A DNA stretch of 16,480 nucleotides. Origin: Promethearchaeota archaeon (lineage in GTDB: Archaea; Asgardarchaeota; Lokiarchaeia; Sigyniarchaeales; SOKP01). Position numbers and translations under genes: made by a program. Positions 16,271-16,480 of this stretch are shown here, piece by piece. The notes beneath the pieces were generated by a model. That model did not search any database. It saw only the letters and a list, made by a program, of their open reading frames with translations, and was not told where the DNA came from. The DNA lies in assembly GCA_048938895.1 (NCBI GenBank), contig JBHLLU010000074.1, positions 1-16,480 on the forward strand, written 5' to 3'. Positions within the stretch are counted from its first letter, which is position 1. Each line of letters starts with the position of its first letter.

Positions 16271-16480
16271 TCTAATTACTTAAGTGTTGGATTTTACTTT
16301 AATGATTTCTTAAAAGCCTAATGTAATTAATAACCCGCCCAATATAAATAATATAGTTTTTTGGTAAATAAAAAATCTGAATTCTTCGCTCTTAATAGAA
16401 TAAACAATTCAAAATATTAAATAAAAAAAAAGAAAAAAATAATAAATAAACTTTTAAAAAATATTAATACTAGAATGGTT

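Noticed and set aside
16334-16350. Eukaryote-like GC-box/CCAAT/TATA string (CCCGCCCAATATAAATA)
   Set aside because: The elements overlap with no realistic spacing and are short enough to be chance. It is more simply a minus-strand archaeal TATA region for the FGGY gene.
1-16480. Selenoprotein/SECIS search, prompted by the absence of TGA stops among the called genes
   Set aside because: I found no in-frame TGA interrupting a recognisable domain and no convincing SECIS-like hairpin by eye. TAA bias is expected at low GC.
1-16480. CRISPR arrays, tRNA/rRNA genes, IS elements, integrases
   Set aside because: No regularly spaced repeats, no GC-rich structured RNA segments, and no transposase or recombinase motifs were seen. 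Intergenic regions are short and AT-rich.

Overview
AT-rich archaeal chromosomal window with no RNA genes, CRISPR array or mobile element that I can support. The gene set is clearly archaeal: an archaeal-type AlaRS, a DtdA/GEK1-type D-aminoacyl-tRNA deacylase, an archaeal FtsZ, an EndoQ/TIGR00375-like C-terminus, Lrp/AsnC regulators, TATA-like promoters and oligo-T terminators. The low GC and the many small CxxC proteins and zinc-ribbon membrane proteins suggest Asgard archaea (Lokiarchaeia/Promethearchaeota); that placement is inference. Gene order: EndoQ-like (5' truncated), small Zn-finger (-), ftsZ, PNPOx-like, small ferredoxin-like-fold protein (-), alaS, two microproteins (one missed by the ORF track), metallophosphoesterase + Nudix, VOC (-), two membrane proteins, a hypothetical, dtdA (-), ZIP-like protein with a coiled-coil insert, a Zn-finger remnant, two convergent Cys-tailed Lrp paralogues, and an FGGY kinase (-). 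The best leads are the convergent Lrp pair sharing a CPF...CGxxC signature, the ZIP-like protein that lacks metal ligands but carries a ~85-aa coiled coil, the atypical AlaRS (altered motif 2, duplicated C-Ala helix), and the ftsZ/Zn-finger divergent unit with operator-like repeats. The sequence does not prove any complete new system.
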